A program made the position numbers and the translations under genes. This document shows, piece by piece, positions 10,189 through 20,927 of a DNA stretch of 64,000 bases. Source of the stretch: Gammaproteobacteria bacterium (GTDB lineage Bacteria; Pseudomonadota; Gammaproteobacteria; SZUA-229); the NCBI GenBank assembly GCA_030148865.1, contig JASBSR010000040.1:62518-126517 (forward strand), in the 5' to 3' direction. How positions within the stretch are numbered: the stretch's first letter is position 1; each line of letters begins with the position of its first letter. The notes beneath the pieces are model-generated. The model searched no databases. It saw only the letters and a list, made by a program, of their open reading frames with translations, and had not been told where the DNA came from.

Positions 10189-10499
10189 TTACCATAACAC
10201 CCAGCGCAGCGAGTCAGATTAAACTCTCTGCCCAGCAGAGCAAATCAGAAGGCATGCCACTGCGCATCGCCGCGACCCGAAACAGTGATAACAGCATTCA
10301 TTACGGCATGGGCTTCGATGACAGCAAAGAAGATGATATCAGCGTCACCTGTGAAGACATCGAATTAATCGTCTCGCCGGCGAGCGCTATTTTATTAAAA
10401 GATACGCAACTGGATTTCGTCGAACTCGAGCCGGGGAAATTTCAGTTCATTTTTCTCAACCCAGGTGACCCCAACTACAAACCCCCGGTTGAGCAATAG
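10185..10499 (+). CDS. dsrR: DsrR, IscA/HesB-like protein
   Basis: 104 aa with an A-type carrier fold but lacking the canonical Cys triad, as described for DsrR. Overlaps the dsrN stop. Confidence 0.6.
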   Translation: MITITPSAASQIKLSAQQSKSEGMPLRIAATRNSDNSIHYGMGFDDSKEDDISVTCEDIELIVSPASAILLKDTQLDFVELEPGKFQFIFLNPGDPNYKPPVEQ

Positions 10500-10522
10500 T
10501 CGACTCATCTGAGAGCACGATC

Positions 10523-11701
10523 ATGGGCAAGACGACCAAGGCCAAGGCCAGCGCGAAAATTTCGAGCCCGATCATCGAGTGGAGCCGAGACTCAATTATC
10601 ATTCTGTACGAAGTCATCAGTCTGATTAATTCGGCTGAAAATCAGCAGGAGCTGTTCAATTATTTTCTCAGGCATCTCACCAACCGGCTAAAAGCAAAAG
10701 CCGCCACTCTGCGGCTGATCACCAATGATGACTGGATGGAGCTGGTGGGTAGTTACAAACTTGATGACCCGAGCATCAGCAAAATTCAGCAAACCGCGAT
10801 TGAAGCGCCATTATTCAGCCGCAGTAGTGAACCGATCAATTTAGTCCGGGTAGCTCCCGCCGACGCGCTGCTGGCGGATTCAAGTGACCTGATGATTACC
10901 GTTCCGGTACGCCATCTGGTGCACACTCTGGGCGCGATCAATATTGTCTTCGCGCCCGGCGCTATCGACCTCGACAATGAACTGGCTTCGTTGCTGTTCA
11001 GTGCCGGCCACCATCTGGCGCTGGCGATTGAAAAATACCGCCTGGAAAACCTGACCCGACAAAAACTGGTGCAGGAAGAACGCAATATGCTGGCCAGCGA
11101 GCTACACGACTCACTGGCACAAACCCTGGCCTCATTACGCTTTCAGGTGCGGGTGCTGGATCAGTCCCTGCAGCCCTCGGGTGACTATATGGCAATTAAT
11201 AGCATCGAACAGGTGGAACACGGCCTTGATGAAGCCTATACCGATCTGCGCGAACTCATCGCCCACTGTCGCGAACCCATCGAGCAGCAGGGCCTGCTGC
11301 CCTCGATCGAGCGCGTGGTGGCCAAATTCCGCGAAGAAACCGGGATTCATATCCTGTTACAATGCGAGCATCAGCTGCCGGATATCCCCGTGATAATGGA
11401 AATGAATGTCTACCGCATCGTACAGGAATCGCTGACCAATATTAAAAAACACGCGAATGCCAAAATCGTGCGTATATTACTCGACTGCGATAACGAAGGC
11501 CGCTATCGTGTCCTGGTCGAAAACGATGGCATTGGCTTTGATAAAAAAGCCATTCAGAGCCACGCCGGTCAACATCTTGGCCTGACTATTATGCAGGAGC
11601 GCGCGCACCATTTGGGCGGTAAACTACGCATCGAGAGCGAGCCGGACGAAGGCACGCGGATCGAACTCAAGTTCCAGTACCAGAGAGAGCAGGCAATCTG
11701 A
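10523..11701 (+). CDS. Cytoplasmic sensor histidine kinase, NarX/HisKA_3 type, with a putative N-terminal GAF-like sensor domain
   Basis: 392 aa with no TM segments. H-box ERNMLASELHDSLAQTLASL and HATPase_c region (GLTIMQERAHHLGGKLRIESEPDEGTRIEL). Begins 24 nt after dsrR. Confidence 0.7.
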   Translation: MGKTTKAKASAKISSPIIEWSRDSIIILYEVISLINSAENQQELFNYFLRHLTNRLKAKAATLRLITNDDWMELVGSYKLDDPSISKIQQTAIEAPLFSRSSEPINLVRVAPADALLADSSDLMITVPVRHLVHTLGAINIVFAPGAIDLDNELASLLFSAGHHLALAIEKYRLENLTRQKLVQEERNMLASELHDSLAQTLASLRFQVRVLDQSLQPSGDYMAINSIEQVEHGLDEAYTDLRELIAHCREPIEQQGLLPSIERVVAKFREETGIHILLQCEHQLPDIPVIMEMNVYRIVQESLTNIKKHANAKIVRILLDCDNEGRYRVLVENDGIGFDKKAIQSHAGQHLGLTIMQERAHHLGGKLRIESEPDEGTRIELKFQYQREQAI

Positions 11702-11706
11702 CCATC

Positions 11707-12360
11707 ATGCGAGTCATTATAATCGACGATCACGCCCTGTTCCGGGTCGGCCTCAAAGGTCTGCTCGAACAACGCAACATCGAAGTGATCGGGGTCGCAG
11801 CCGACGGCAATGCCGGCATTAAGCTCGCCGAACTTCTCAGCCCCGATATTATTCTGCTCGACCTGCGCATGCCCGGCATCGGTGGCCTCGAAGTCCTGAA
11901 AACACTGCGCGGACACAATCCGACCATCCCCGTGGTCATGCTCACCACCAGCAATGAAGAATCCGACCTGATTAAATCCTTACGCCTTGGCGCACAGGGC
12001 TATTTGTTAAAAGATATGGAGCCTGATGAACTGGTGAGCGCGCTGCGTGATATCGAAAAAGGCAAGAATGTGGTCGCCCACGACCTCACCGATGCGCTGG
12101 CACGCATGGTTCAGGGTGAAACCACGGTCGATGACGATGCCGGCCCCTTCGCCAGCCTGACTCCGCGTGAGCGCGAAATCCTCTGCCTGCTCGCCGATGG
12201 CCAAAGCAATAAACTGATCGCGCGTAACCTCGGCATCTCCGATGGCACGGTCAAACTTCACGTCAAAGCGATTTTGCGCAAACTCGGGATTCATTCCCGG
12301 GTTGAAGCCGCCGTCATCGCTGTCGAACAGGGCCTGCGTAAAGCTGATACCAGTACCTGA
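11707..12360 (+). CDS. NarL/LuxR-family response regulator
   Basis: 217 aa. REC domain (MRVIIIDDHALFRVGLKGLL...DLRMPG) plus C-terminal LuxR HTH (LTPREREILCLLADGQSNKLIARNLGISDGTVKLH). Start 6 nt after the kinase. Confidence 0.85.
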   Translation: MRVIIIDDHALFRVGLKGLLEQRNIEVIGVAADGNAGIKLAELLSPDIILLDLRMPGIGGLEVLKTLRGHNPTIPVVMLTTSNEESDLIKSLRLGAQGYLLKDMEPDELVSALRDIEKGKNVVAHDLTDALARMVQGETTVDDDAGPFASLTPREREILCLLADGQSNKLIARNLGISDGTVKLHVKAILRKLGIHSRVEAAVIAVEQGLRKADTST

Positions 12361-12370
12361 GCTATCACTC

Positions 12371-12850
12371 ATGAAAACTTTTAAACAGATTGTCGAAGAC
12401 GCACGTCAGCAGGTTAGCGAGCTCATGCCCTGGGATGTGGATGAACTCTGCCGCAGTCACCCTGACACGCTAGTACTCGATATTCGAGAGGAATGCGAAT
12501 TTGCCAGTTTCCATATCGCGAACTCCATGCTGGTGCCTCGCGGCATCCTGGAAACTGCCTGTGAAGCTGAATACGAAGACGCTGTGCCCGAATTAATCAC
12601 TGCCCGTGAACGTGAAATCGTCATCATTTGCCGATCAGGAAATCGCAGCATACTGGCCGCCCAGACCCTGCAGACACTGGGCTACAAAAACGTCAAATCG
12701 ATGCAAACCGGTTTACGCGGCTGGAATGATTATGAATTGCCGCTGATCAACGCCAAGCGCGAAGTGCTCGACCCGGAACAGGTGGATCTGCTACTGGCCA
12801 AAGGTTTTAGTTCTGCAGTGTTGCAAACTGATCGCCGGCTCCAGTCGTAG
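12371..12850 (+). CDS. Single-domain rhodanese-like sulfurtransferase
   Basis: 159 aa from the ATG at 12371; the ORF track begins at an earlier in-frame codon. Active-site loop CRSGNRS in a rhodanese fold. 10 nt after the response regulator. Confidence 0.7.
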   Translation: MKTFKQIVEDARQQVSELMPWDVDELCRSHPDTLVLDIREECEFASFHIANSMLVPRGILETACEAEYEDAVPELITAREREIVIICRSGNRSILAAQTLQTLGYKNVKSMQTGLRGWNDYELPLINAKREVLDPEQVDLLLAKGFSSAVLQTDRRLQS

Positions 12851-12853
12851 ATC

Positions 12854-13225
12854 TCAGTCGTAACGTCTATGGTCTTTACGCCGACGTCCGGCCTGCTGTG
12901 AAATCACCCCGGAAATTTGCTCCAGCCCCGAAATTTCCACGGTATCATAAAGATCGTTCAATGGCTGAAGATAATATTTGTCGTCAACCATACGCAGCTG
13001 ACGAAAAATATATTCGTCATTATGGGTGGCAATGACATAACAGCCATCGCGAATCGCGCCCGCAGGGTCGATGACAATGACGCTACCCTCAGCAAATTCA
13101 GGCAGCATAGAATCCCCTAACACCCGTAAGGCGTAAGGTTCTGATGCACTGCAGCCACCTGTTTCTGACATACCAACTCCTGATTTTAATTCGCCAATTA
13201 TACCCGCCCGCTGGAATGCGACCAA
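12854..13225 (-). CDS. S24-family LexA/UmuD-like peptidase domain protein
   Basis: 123 aa with RVLGDSMLPEFAEGSVIVIDP (catalytic Ser region), a downstream Lys and an Ala-Gly near the N-terminus. No HTH domain. Confidence 0.55.
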   Translation of the reverse strand: MVAFQRAGIIGELKSGVGMSETGGCSASEPYALRVLGDSMLPEFAEGSVIVIDPAGAIRDGCYVIATHNDEYIFRQLRMVDDKYYLQPLNDLYDTVEISGLEQISGVISQQAGRRRKDHRRYD

Positions 13226-13291
13226 GCCCGGACATGCAATGCCCTGCCTGGCGGTGTAAAATGCCAGCTCTATTCAGAGCACCGATCTGTC

Positions 13292-13771
13292 ATGGCCAAA
13301 CACATCAAAAAAGATAAATATGTGTCGCTCACCTACACCATCACCGATGACATCGGCAAAGTGCTGGAACGCATTGATCTGCCGATTAATTTTATTCAGG
13401 GTCGCGACGCACAGATCATCAAAAAAATCTCGCAGGCGCTGGAAGGCCGTGCCAGCGGCGATCAGCTCAGTATCAGCCTGAGTCCGGCCGAGGGTTTTGG
13501 CGAATTACAGCCTGAACTCATATTTACCGATGAGCTGAGCAATGTGCCACCACAGTTTCACAGCATCGGCGCCGAGGTCGAGTTTCAAAACGACCGTGGC
13601 GAGATGAAGGTATTCCGCGTCAGCAAAATTGAAGACGGCAAACTCACGGTCGACGGCAATCATCCGCTCGCTGGCAAGGAGATTACCTACAATATCACCG
13701 TACAGGAGGTGCGCGACGCGACCCCGGATGAACTCGTCAACAGTGTCAGCGATTCACTGCAGCTGCATTAA
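13292..13771 (+). CDS. slyD: FKBP-type peptidyl-prolyl cis-trans isomerase (SlyD/FkpB-like)
   Basis: 159 aa aligning to SlyD, including DGNHPLAGKEITYNITVQEV (SlyD: DGNHMLAGQNLKFNVEVV). Confidence 0.75.
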   Translation: MAKHIKKDKYVSLTYTITDDIGKVLERIDLPINFIQGRDAQIIKKISQALEGRASGDQLSISLSPAEGFGELQPELIFTDELSNVPPQFHSIGAEVEFQNDRGEMKVFRVSKIEDGKLTVDGNHPLAGKEITYNITVQEVRDATPDELVNSVSDSLQLH

Positions 13772-13909
13772 GCGCTGCGATGCCGTCGATACCATTAACA
13801 GTGATAAGAGTATTAGCGGACAAACAGCGCGCCGGCGATGAATTCAGCTGAAAAAATGTCCGATTTAAGGTATCCTCGTGCCCCGTTGTCCAGCGTCAGG
13901 AATACTAGT

Positions 13910-14239
13910 ATGGCGACTGTTGCTGATTTTAGCGCAAGCGAGACCGGGACCATCGAAACTGCGCTGAAACAGCGCTGGCCGGGACAGGAACTTGATATCC
14001 AGCTGGCGGAGGTTGAAATCAGGATGCATCCGGATGATCGCGAGCTCAGCGAAATTCCCGCCATATTCTGGCAGGTCGGAGAAGCTAAATTCGTCATCTG
14101 CCAGATCGGGGATCACAGCTATCGCAGCCAGTTTTATTGCCGCGGCTATCAGCAGCACGGTGCCGGCAAAAGCGAGTTCAATGATATTAGCGATTGCCTG
14201 GTGACACTGTTGCAGATGCATGCCGACAAGGAACCATGA
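13910..14239 (+). CDS. Hypothetical acidic protein
   Basis: ATG at 13910 preceded by AGGAAT. No recognisable domain. The overlapping minus-strand ORF looks less protein-like. Confidence 0.3.
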   Translation: MATVADFSASETGTIETALKQRWPGQELDIQLAEVEIRMHPDDRELSEIPAIFWQVGEAKFVICQIGDHSYRSQFYCRGYQQHGAGKSEFNDISDCLVTLLQMHADKEP

Positions 14240-14343
14240 AACGCGAAGCACAGGAACAGCAATAAACAGGCGCACCACGAGCCATACAAACACAGATTCA
14301 GATTTATCAATTTAAAACTTCCAGTTCCAGGGGAATTCACAAC

Positions 14344-15603
14344 ATGAGTAAAAAAAACGCGTTTTACGCGCAATCCGGCGGTGTTACCGCAGTTATTAAT
14401 TCATCTGCCTGCGGCGTTATCGAAACTGCACGCAAGCACAAAGACAAAATCGGCAAAGTCTACGCCGGTCGCAACGGTATTATCGGCGCTCTCACCGAAG
14501 ATTTGATCGATACCAACAAGGAATCCAAATCAGCGATTGCTGCTTTGCGTTACACGCCTTCCGGCGCTTTTGGTTCCTGCCGTTTCAAAATGAAAAGTCT
14601 TGAAGCCAACAAACTTCAGTACGAGCGTTTGATCGAAGTTTTCAAAGCTCACAACATCGGTTATTTCTTTTACAATGGCGGCGGTGACTCGGCTGATACC
14701 TGTCTGAAAGTATCACAGATCGGTGAAAAAATGGGTTACCCAATCACTGCCGTACACGTGCCTAAAACGGTCGACAATGATTTACCAATTACCGACAACT
14801 GCCCCGGTTTTGGCTCTGTCGCCAAATACATTGCTGTGTCCACCATGGAAGCCAGCTTCGACGTAGCATCGATGTGCGCCACATCGACCAAAGTATTCGT
14901 CCTGGAAGTGATGGGCCGTCACGCCGGCTGGATTGCCGCTGCTGGTGCCATGGCTTCGACCAAAGAACACGAAATTCCTATCGTTGTCCTGTTCCCGGAA
15001 GTTGAGTTCAACCAGGAAAAATTCCTCAAAACCGTCGATGACAAAGTTAAAAAATTTGGTTACTGCTCAGTCGTCGTTTCTGAAGGTGTGCACTGGCCGG
15101 ATGGCAAATTTCTCGCCGAAACCGGTTTGAAAGATGCCTTCGGACACAGCCAGCTGGGCGGTGCTGCACCTGTGGTTGCCAACATGATTCAGGAAGGCCT
15201 GGGCTATAAATATCACTGGGGCGTGGCCGACTATATGCAGCGTGCTGCACGCCATATCGCGTCCAAGTCTGACGTGGATCAGGCTTATGCCACTGGTAAA
15301 GCCGCGGTTGAATACGCGCTCAAAGGCCATAACTCAGTCATGCCTGCGATCAAACGCGTTAGCAATAAGCCGTACAAGTGGAAAATCGAAATGGCACCGT
15401 TAAGCAAAATCGCCAACGTCGAGAAAATGATGCCAAAAAACTTCATTTCTAAAGACGGTTTCAGCATCACACCAAAATGTCGTGAATATCTGGCGCCGCT
15501 GATGAAAGGCGAAGACTATCCTCCATATAAAGATGGTCTGCCAAAATATGTCACACTGAAGAAAGTGGCCGTTGCTAAAAAACTGGCGCCTTTTGAAATT
15601 TAG
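14344..15603 (+). CDS. pfp: Pyrophosphate-dependent 6-phosphofructokinase
   Basis: 419 aa PFK-A family (GGGDSADT, MGRHAGW). PPi-type length and architecture. Strong RBS CAGGGGAA. Confidence 0.8.
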   Translation: MSKKNAFYAQSGGVTAVINSSACGVIETARKHKDKIGKVYAGRNGIIGALTEDLIDTNKESKSAIAALRYTPSGAFGSCRFKMKSLEANKLQYERLIEVFKAHNIGYFFYNGGGDSADTCLKVSQIGEKMGYPITAVHVPKTVDNDLPITDNCPGFGSVAKYIAVSTMEASFDVASMCATSTKVFVLEVMGRHAGWIAAAGAMASTKEHEIPIVVLFPEVEFNQEKFLKTVDDKVKKFGYCSVVVSEGVHWPDGKFLAETGLKDAFGHSQLGGAAPVVANMIQEGLGYKYHWGVADYMQRAARHIASKSDVDQAYATGKAAVEYALKGHNSVMPAIKRVSNKPYKWKIEMAPLSKIANVEKMMPKNFISKDGFSITPKCREYLAPLMKGEDYPPYKDGLPKYVTLKKVAVAKKLAPFEI

Positions 15604-15701
15604 ACTGAGGTCAAGCTCGATAAGACACGCAAACTCCTTACCATGCCTTGAGCGTTGTAGCTATAACCGCAACGTTGCAGGCATGGCGCTGGGGGAAGTG
15701 A

Positions 15702-16520
<819 letters not shown>

Positions 16521-16533
16521 TTTGTTTGAACTG

Positions 16534-16560
16534 AAGCCCTGTATATGCAGGGCTTTTTTG
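16534..16560 (+). terminator. Rho-independent terminator after adk
   Basis: aagccctg-tatatg-cagggctt followed by ttttttg. Confidence 0.6.
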
Positions 16561-16590
16561 TACTTTCACAATAATAAGCGAGATAGAATA

Positions 16591-18609
16591 ATGTCTAACG
16601 AACTTGTCTTTGCATTAGTCTGCGCGCTAGTCGGCATCGGCTATGGCGTAGTGTCAATTTTTAGCATCATGAGCAAGAACCCTGGCAATGCAGAAATGGT
16701 ACGCATTCAGGGGGCTATTCAGGAAGGCGCAATAGCTTATCTGAAACGCCAGTACACCACAATCGCCATGGTCGGTGTAGTGATCTTTGCTGTTATCTGG
16801 TTTCAGCTGAATGCGCACACGGCGATTGGCTTTGCCATTGGTGCCATTTTTTCCGGCCTTGCCGGTTACATCGGCATGCACGTTTCAGTGCGCGCTAACT
16901 CACGTACCGCACAGGCAGCAAATGAAGGCATCAACGCCGCATTCAAGGTCGCGTTTCGTGGCGGTGCCATCACCGGCATGTTAGTCGTCGGTCTTGGACT
17001 GCTCGGAGTCGCTGGCTATTACGCCTATCTTTTGCAAAGCGGTGCAGAAGATCCTTTGCACGCATTAATCGGCATGGCCTTTGGCGGTTCGCTGATTTCA
17101 ATTTTTGCGCGTCTCGGCGGCGGTATCTTTACCAAAGGCGCGGACGTCGGTGCTGACATCGTCGGTAAAGTTGAAGCCGGCATTCCCGAAGACGACCCGC
17201 GTAACCCGGCAGTGATCGCGGATAACGTTGGTGACAATGTCGGCGACTGTGCCGGCATGGCGGCTGACCTGTTTGAAACTTACGCGGTGACGATTATCGC
17301 CACCATGCTGCTCGCCAGCCTGCTGGTAGAGGGTGATGCAGGTCAGGTCATCCTCTACCCACTGGTGCTGGGTGGCGCCTCGATTATTGCTTCAATCATC
17401 GGTACCTTTTTCGTTAGCATCAAACCCGGTCAGAAAATTATGAACGCGCTGTATCGCGGCCTGATTATTTCCGGGGTGCTGGCGGCGATTGCGTTTTATC
17501 CCATCACCAGCCAGATGATCGGCGATCATCTGGTGTTTGCAGGTAAAGTCATCTCCGCGATGGATGTTTATTTCAGCGCACTCATCGGTCTCGCGCTCAC
17601 CGCAGCCATGGTGGTAATTACCGAGTATTACACCGCGACTGAATACGGCCCGGTGCGTAGAATCGCCGCCGCCTCCACAACAGGCGATGGCACCAATGTG
17701 ATCGCCGGTCTTGGTGTCTCGATGAAATCGACTGCACTGCCCGTGCTCTCGGTATGCGCCTCGATCTGGGGTGCCTACGAGCTCGCCGGCCTGTTCGGCA
17801 TTGCGATTGCTGCCACTGCCATGCTGTCGATGACCGGCATGATCGTCGCGCTCGATGCCTATGGTCCGATCACTGACAATGCCGGCGGGATTGCTGAAAT
17901 GGCCGAGCTGCCGGAAGACATTCGCAACATCACCGACCCGCTGGACGCTGTCGGCAACACCACCAAAGCTGTCACCAAAGGTTACGCGATTGGTTCAGCC
18001 GGTCTTGCCACGCTGGTGCTGTTTGCAGACTACACCCACAATCTTGGCGGTGACGTGATTTTCAAGCTGTCTGATCACCGTGTCATCATCGGCCTGTTCC
18101 TCGGCGGTATGGTGCCGTATCTGTTCGGTGCCATGGCGATGGAAGCGGTAGGTCGTGCTGCTGGCGGTATTGTCAACGAAGTGCGCCGTCAGTTCCGCGA
18201 GATGCCAGGCATCATGGATAAGAGCCAGAAACCGGATTATTCCAGCGCCGTCGATATGCTGACCCGTGCTGCCATCAAGGAAATGATTCTGCCTTCATTG
18301 CTGCCGATCGCAGTGCCGGTGGCGGTGGGTCTGTTGCTGGGCAAAGAAGCGCTCGGTGGCCTGCTTATCGGTACCATTATCACCGGCCTGTTCGTGGCCA
18401 TTTCCATGACCACCGGTGGTGGTGCCTGGGATAACGCCAAAAAATATATCGAGGACGGCAATCACGGCGGCAAGGGCTCGGATGCGCACAAGGCCGCAAT
18501 CACTGGCGACACGGTTGGCGACCCTTATAAGGATACCGCGGGGCCAGCGATCAACCCACTGATCAAAATTATCAATATTGTTGCCCTGCTGATGATTCCG
18601 CTGCTGTAA
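16591..18609 (+). CDS. hppA: Membrane-bound proton-translocating inorganic pyrophosphatase
   Basis: About 672 aa from the ATG at 16591 (downstream of the adk terminator). Polytopic protein with H+-PPase signature motifs ([28 protein letters not shown]). Confidence 0.9.
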   Translation: MSNELVFALVCALVGIGYGVVSIFSIMSKNPGNAEMVRIQGAIQEGAIAYLKRQYTTIAMVGVVIFAVIWFQLNAHTAIGFAIGAIFSGLAGYIGMHVSVRANSRTAQAANEGINAAFKVAFRGGAITGMLVVGLGLLGVAGYYAYLLQSGAEDPLHALIGMAFGGSLISIFARLGGGIFTKGADVGADIVGKVEAGIPEDDPRNPAVIADNVGDNVGDCAGMAADLFETYAVTIIATMLLASLLVEGDAGQVILYPLVLGGASIIASIIGTFFVSIKPGQKIMNALYRGLIISGVLAAIAFYPITSQMIGDHLVFAGKVISAMDVYFSALIGLALTAAMVVITEYYTATEYGPVRRIAAASTTGDGTNVIAGLGVSMKSTALPVLSVCASIWGAYELAGLFGIAIAATAMLSMTGMIVALDAYGPITDNAGGIAEMAELPEDIRNITDPLDAVGNTTKAVTKGYAIGSAGLATLVLFADYTHNLGGDVIFKLSDHRVIIGLFLGGMVPYLFGAMAMEAVGRAAGGIVNEVRRQFREMPGIMDKSQKPDYSSAVDMLTRAAIKEMILPSLLPIAVPVAVGLLLGKEALGGLLIGTIITGLFVAISMTTGGGAWDNAKKYIEDGNHGGKGSDAHKAAITGDTVGDPYKDTAGPAINPLIKIINIVALLMIPLL

Positions 18610-18635
18610 ATAATCTGCCGCTTCGGCACACCAAG

Positions 18636-18661
18636 GCCCCGCAATGCGGGGCCTTTTTTTA
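18636..18661 (+). terminator. Rho-independent terminator after hppA
   Basis: ggccccgc-aat-gcggggcc followed by ttttttt. Confidence 0.7.
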
Positions 18662-19176
18662 ACAGCATCACAAACTGGTGGAGTATTTGCCGCCAGCCTA
18701 GTTATCGATTCCCAAAGAGTGATTTAGAACACAGTTTTATGCTATATCTACGGTCAGGATGTTTGTCTACAGGGAGTCTGGAAATGATTCAAAATCACCC
18801 GCACAAAAACCACCCGTCTGCGACCGCACTCAGCGATTTCCGCTGTATGGCCTGCCTGGTCATGGTCATACTGATCGTTGCCAGCACATCACTGGCTTTG
18901 ATCATGACTGACTGGGCCGACTGAGCGCTGACTTTTCGAACAGGCCGCTGCCACCCCCCCTCCGACTACGAATATTGCCCACTTTGAGGTAGAATGCGGC
19001 GCTCGAATCAGTGGTCGTGCCCAGGTGCTGAGCGGAATCCGCGTTTGAGCCTGAACCTAAGCCAACAGCAAAATGTAACGGCCTCACCGGATTTTTAATA
19101 TTTAATAGTTTATAAACCCGCTTTAACTAAACAGGACTGGCGATAACGCCAGCACTACCGCCCTCTGGAGATCCTA

Positions 19177-20376
19177 ATGATTAAACCTCATGGTTCTGAC
19201 ACTCTGAACCCTTTGTTTGTATACGATGCAGCCAAAAACGAAGCGCTGCAAAAAGCAGCCGCGGACCTGCCCGCGATCATCGTCAGCTCGGCCGCTGCCG
19301 CCAATGCAGTGATGCTCGGTGCCGGCTATTTCAACCCGCTGACCGGTTACATGAGCAAGGCCGATGCCCTGTCAGTCGCCAAAGACATGAAAACCACTGC
19401 CGGCCTTTTCTGGCCGACCCCGGTTTTAAATCTGGTGGAAAATGCTGGCAATATCAAGGCTGGCGACCGGATTGCACTGAAAGACCCCAATGTATCTGGT
19501 CATCCCGTGCTGGCGATCATGGATGTTGAGGCGGTCGAAAGCTTCAGCGATGAAGACATGGCCATGATGACCGAAAAAGTGTACGCACCTGCCGCTGGCG
19601 AAGCTCACCCCGGCGTGGATGCGTTCAACTCACAGGGCAAAGTTTGCCTGTCTGGCCCCATCCAGGTGCTGAACTTCTCTTATTTCCAGAGCGAGTTTCC
19701 AGATACCTTCCGCACGGCGGTCGAAATCCGCAATGAAATCGCCGAACGCGGCTGGAAAAAAATTGTTGCTTTCCAGACCCGTAACCCGATGCATCTGGCC
19801 CACGAAGAACTCTGCCACATGGCCATGGATCGTTTAGGCTGCGATGGCCTGGTAATCCACATGCTGCTCGGCAAACTGAAAAAAGGTGACATCCCGGCTC
19901 CAGTTCGCGATGCTGCGATTCGCAAAATGGTGGAGCTGTATTTCCCGGAAAACAGCGCCATGGTCACCGGCTACGGTTTCGACATGCTCTACGCCGGCCC
20001 ACGCGAAGCCGTGCTGCACGCGGTGTTCCGCCAGAATATGGGCGCCACCCACTTCATCATCGGTCGCGACCACGCCGGTGTTGGTGATCACTACGGTGCC
20101 TTCGATGCCCAGACCATTTTCGACAACGAAGTGCCCAAAGACGCTCTCGACATCGAAATCTTCAGGGCTGACCACACAGCCTGGTCGAAGAAACTGAACA
20201 AGGTGGTGATGATGTGCGAAGCGCCGGATCACCAGAAAGAAGATTTCATTTTATTGTCCGGCACCAAAGTCCGCGAAATGCTGGGCAATGGCGAAGCACC
20301 ACCAAAAGAATTCTCGCGCCCTGAAGTCGCGAAAATCCTGATCGACTACTACCAGAGCGAAGCAGCTAATGCCTGA
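19177..20376 (+). CDS. sat: Sulfate adenylyltransferase (ATP sulfurylase)
   Basis: 399 aa with QTRNPMHLAHEEL and GRDHAGVG motifs of homo-oligomeric ATP sulfurylase. Confidence 0.9.
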   Translation: MIKPHGSDTLNPLFVYDAAKNEALQKAAADLPAIIVSSAAAANAVMLGAGYFNPLTGYMSKADALSVAKDMKTTAGLFWPTPVLNLVENAGNIKAGDRIALKDPNVSGHPVLAIMDVEAVESFSDEDMAMMTEKVYAPAAGEAHPGVDAFNSQGKVCLSGPIQVLNFSYFQSEFPDTFRTAVEIRNEIAERGWKKIVAFQTRNPMHLAHEELCHMAMDRLGCDGLVIHMLLGKLKKGDIPAPVRDAAIRKMVELYFPENSAMVTGYGFDMLYAGPREAVLHAVFRQNMGATHFIIGRDHAGVGDHYGAFDAQTIFDNEVPKDALDIEIFRADHTAWSKKLNKVVMMCEAPDHQKEDFILLSGTKVREMLGNGEAPPKEFSRPEVAKILIDYYQSEAANA

Positions 20377-20400
20377 GCACTGGTAATAAGTCAGCATAAA

Positions 20401-20428
20401 AACGGCGCCACCTGGGCGCCGTTTTTAT
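20401..20428 (+). terminator. Rho-independent terminator after sat
   Basis: aacggcgcc-acctg-ggcgccgtt followed by tttta. Confidence 0.6.
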
Positions 20429-20520
20429 GCCTAAATAAATAATAAATATTGCCACAGAGGCACAGAGCACGTAGAGAAAAAATCTGCTGTTATAGTTTTT
20501 CAATTCCTCTAGAACGAGCC

Positions 20521-20759
20521 ATTGTGTGGTGTAGTGAATAAGGGGCTTTCCGCTGCGGCTATCTGAGCATTTTTTGCGAGTTGCGAGCTATTCACCCCAT
20601 CCATACACCGCATAGAACCCACTACCACTGAAATATAATTACTCGATAAGGCAAAAACAAAGATTCTTCATTGTCGCTCAGGACAAAAATGCTGGATCCC
20701 CGACACAGCCTTCGGGGATGACGAATGCGGGGCTGGCCTTATTCACTACACTACACAAA
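20521..20759. repeat. Inverted-repeat-flanked element of about 240 bp (MITE-like or structured RNA candidate)
   Basis: ttgtgtggtgtagtgaataaggggc (20521-20545) versus the reverse complement of ggccttattcactacactacacaa (20735-20759), about 22 of 24 matching. An internal hairpin (atccccga...tcggggat) lies between them. Confidence 0.35.
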
Positions 20760-20927
20760 AACAAATGCAGTGGCAGCGGCCTGCTCCTGACCAGCTGAAT
20801 TGCTATATGGCTGGTTTTGCACCTAAAATACGCTCCCTTGTTTTGCGCTGGTGTGAAGCTTCTAAAAGATGCAGCAAACCACACACCGTGATGACCACAT
20901 ATTAACCAGGCATAGAATAGATAATCC

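Noticed and set aside
10523-11701. Calling the 392-aa post-dsrR ORF dsrS purely by position
   Set aside because: The sequence has a clear NarX-type H-box and an ATPase domain, which DsrS is not known to have. Annotated as a histidine kinase instead.
13865-14293. 142-aa minus-strand ORF overlapping the 13910-14239 plus-strand hypothetical
   Set aside because: Composition is less protein-like. The plus-strand ORF has an RBS (AGGAAT) and acidic, globular-looking sequence. Only one can be real and I kept the plus strand at low confidence.
18662-19176. 515-nt non-coding stretch upstream of sat; examined for a riboswitch or small RNA
   Set aside because: No recognisable riboswitch consensus (no SAM or PAPS-type cores evident), only weak hairpins. 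Probably the promoter and leader region of sat. Left unannotated.
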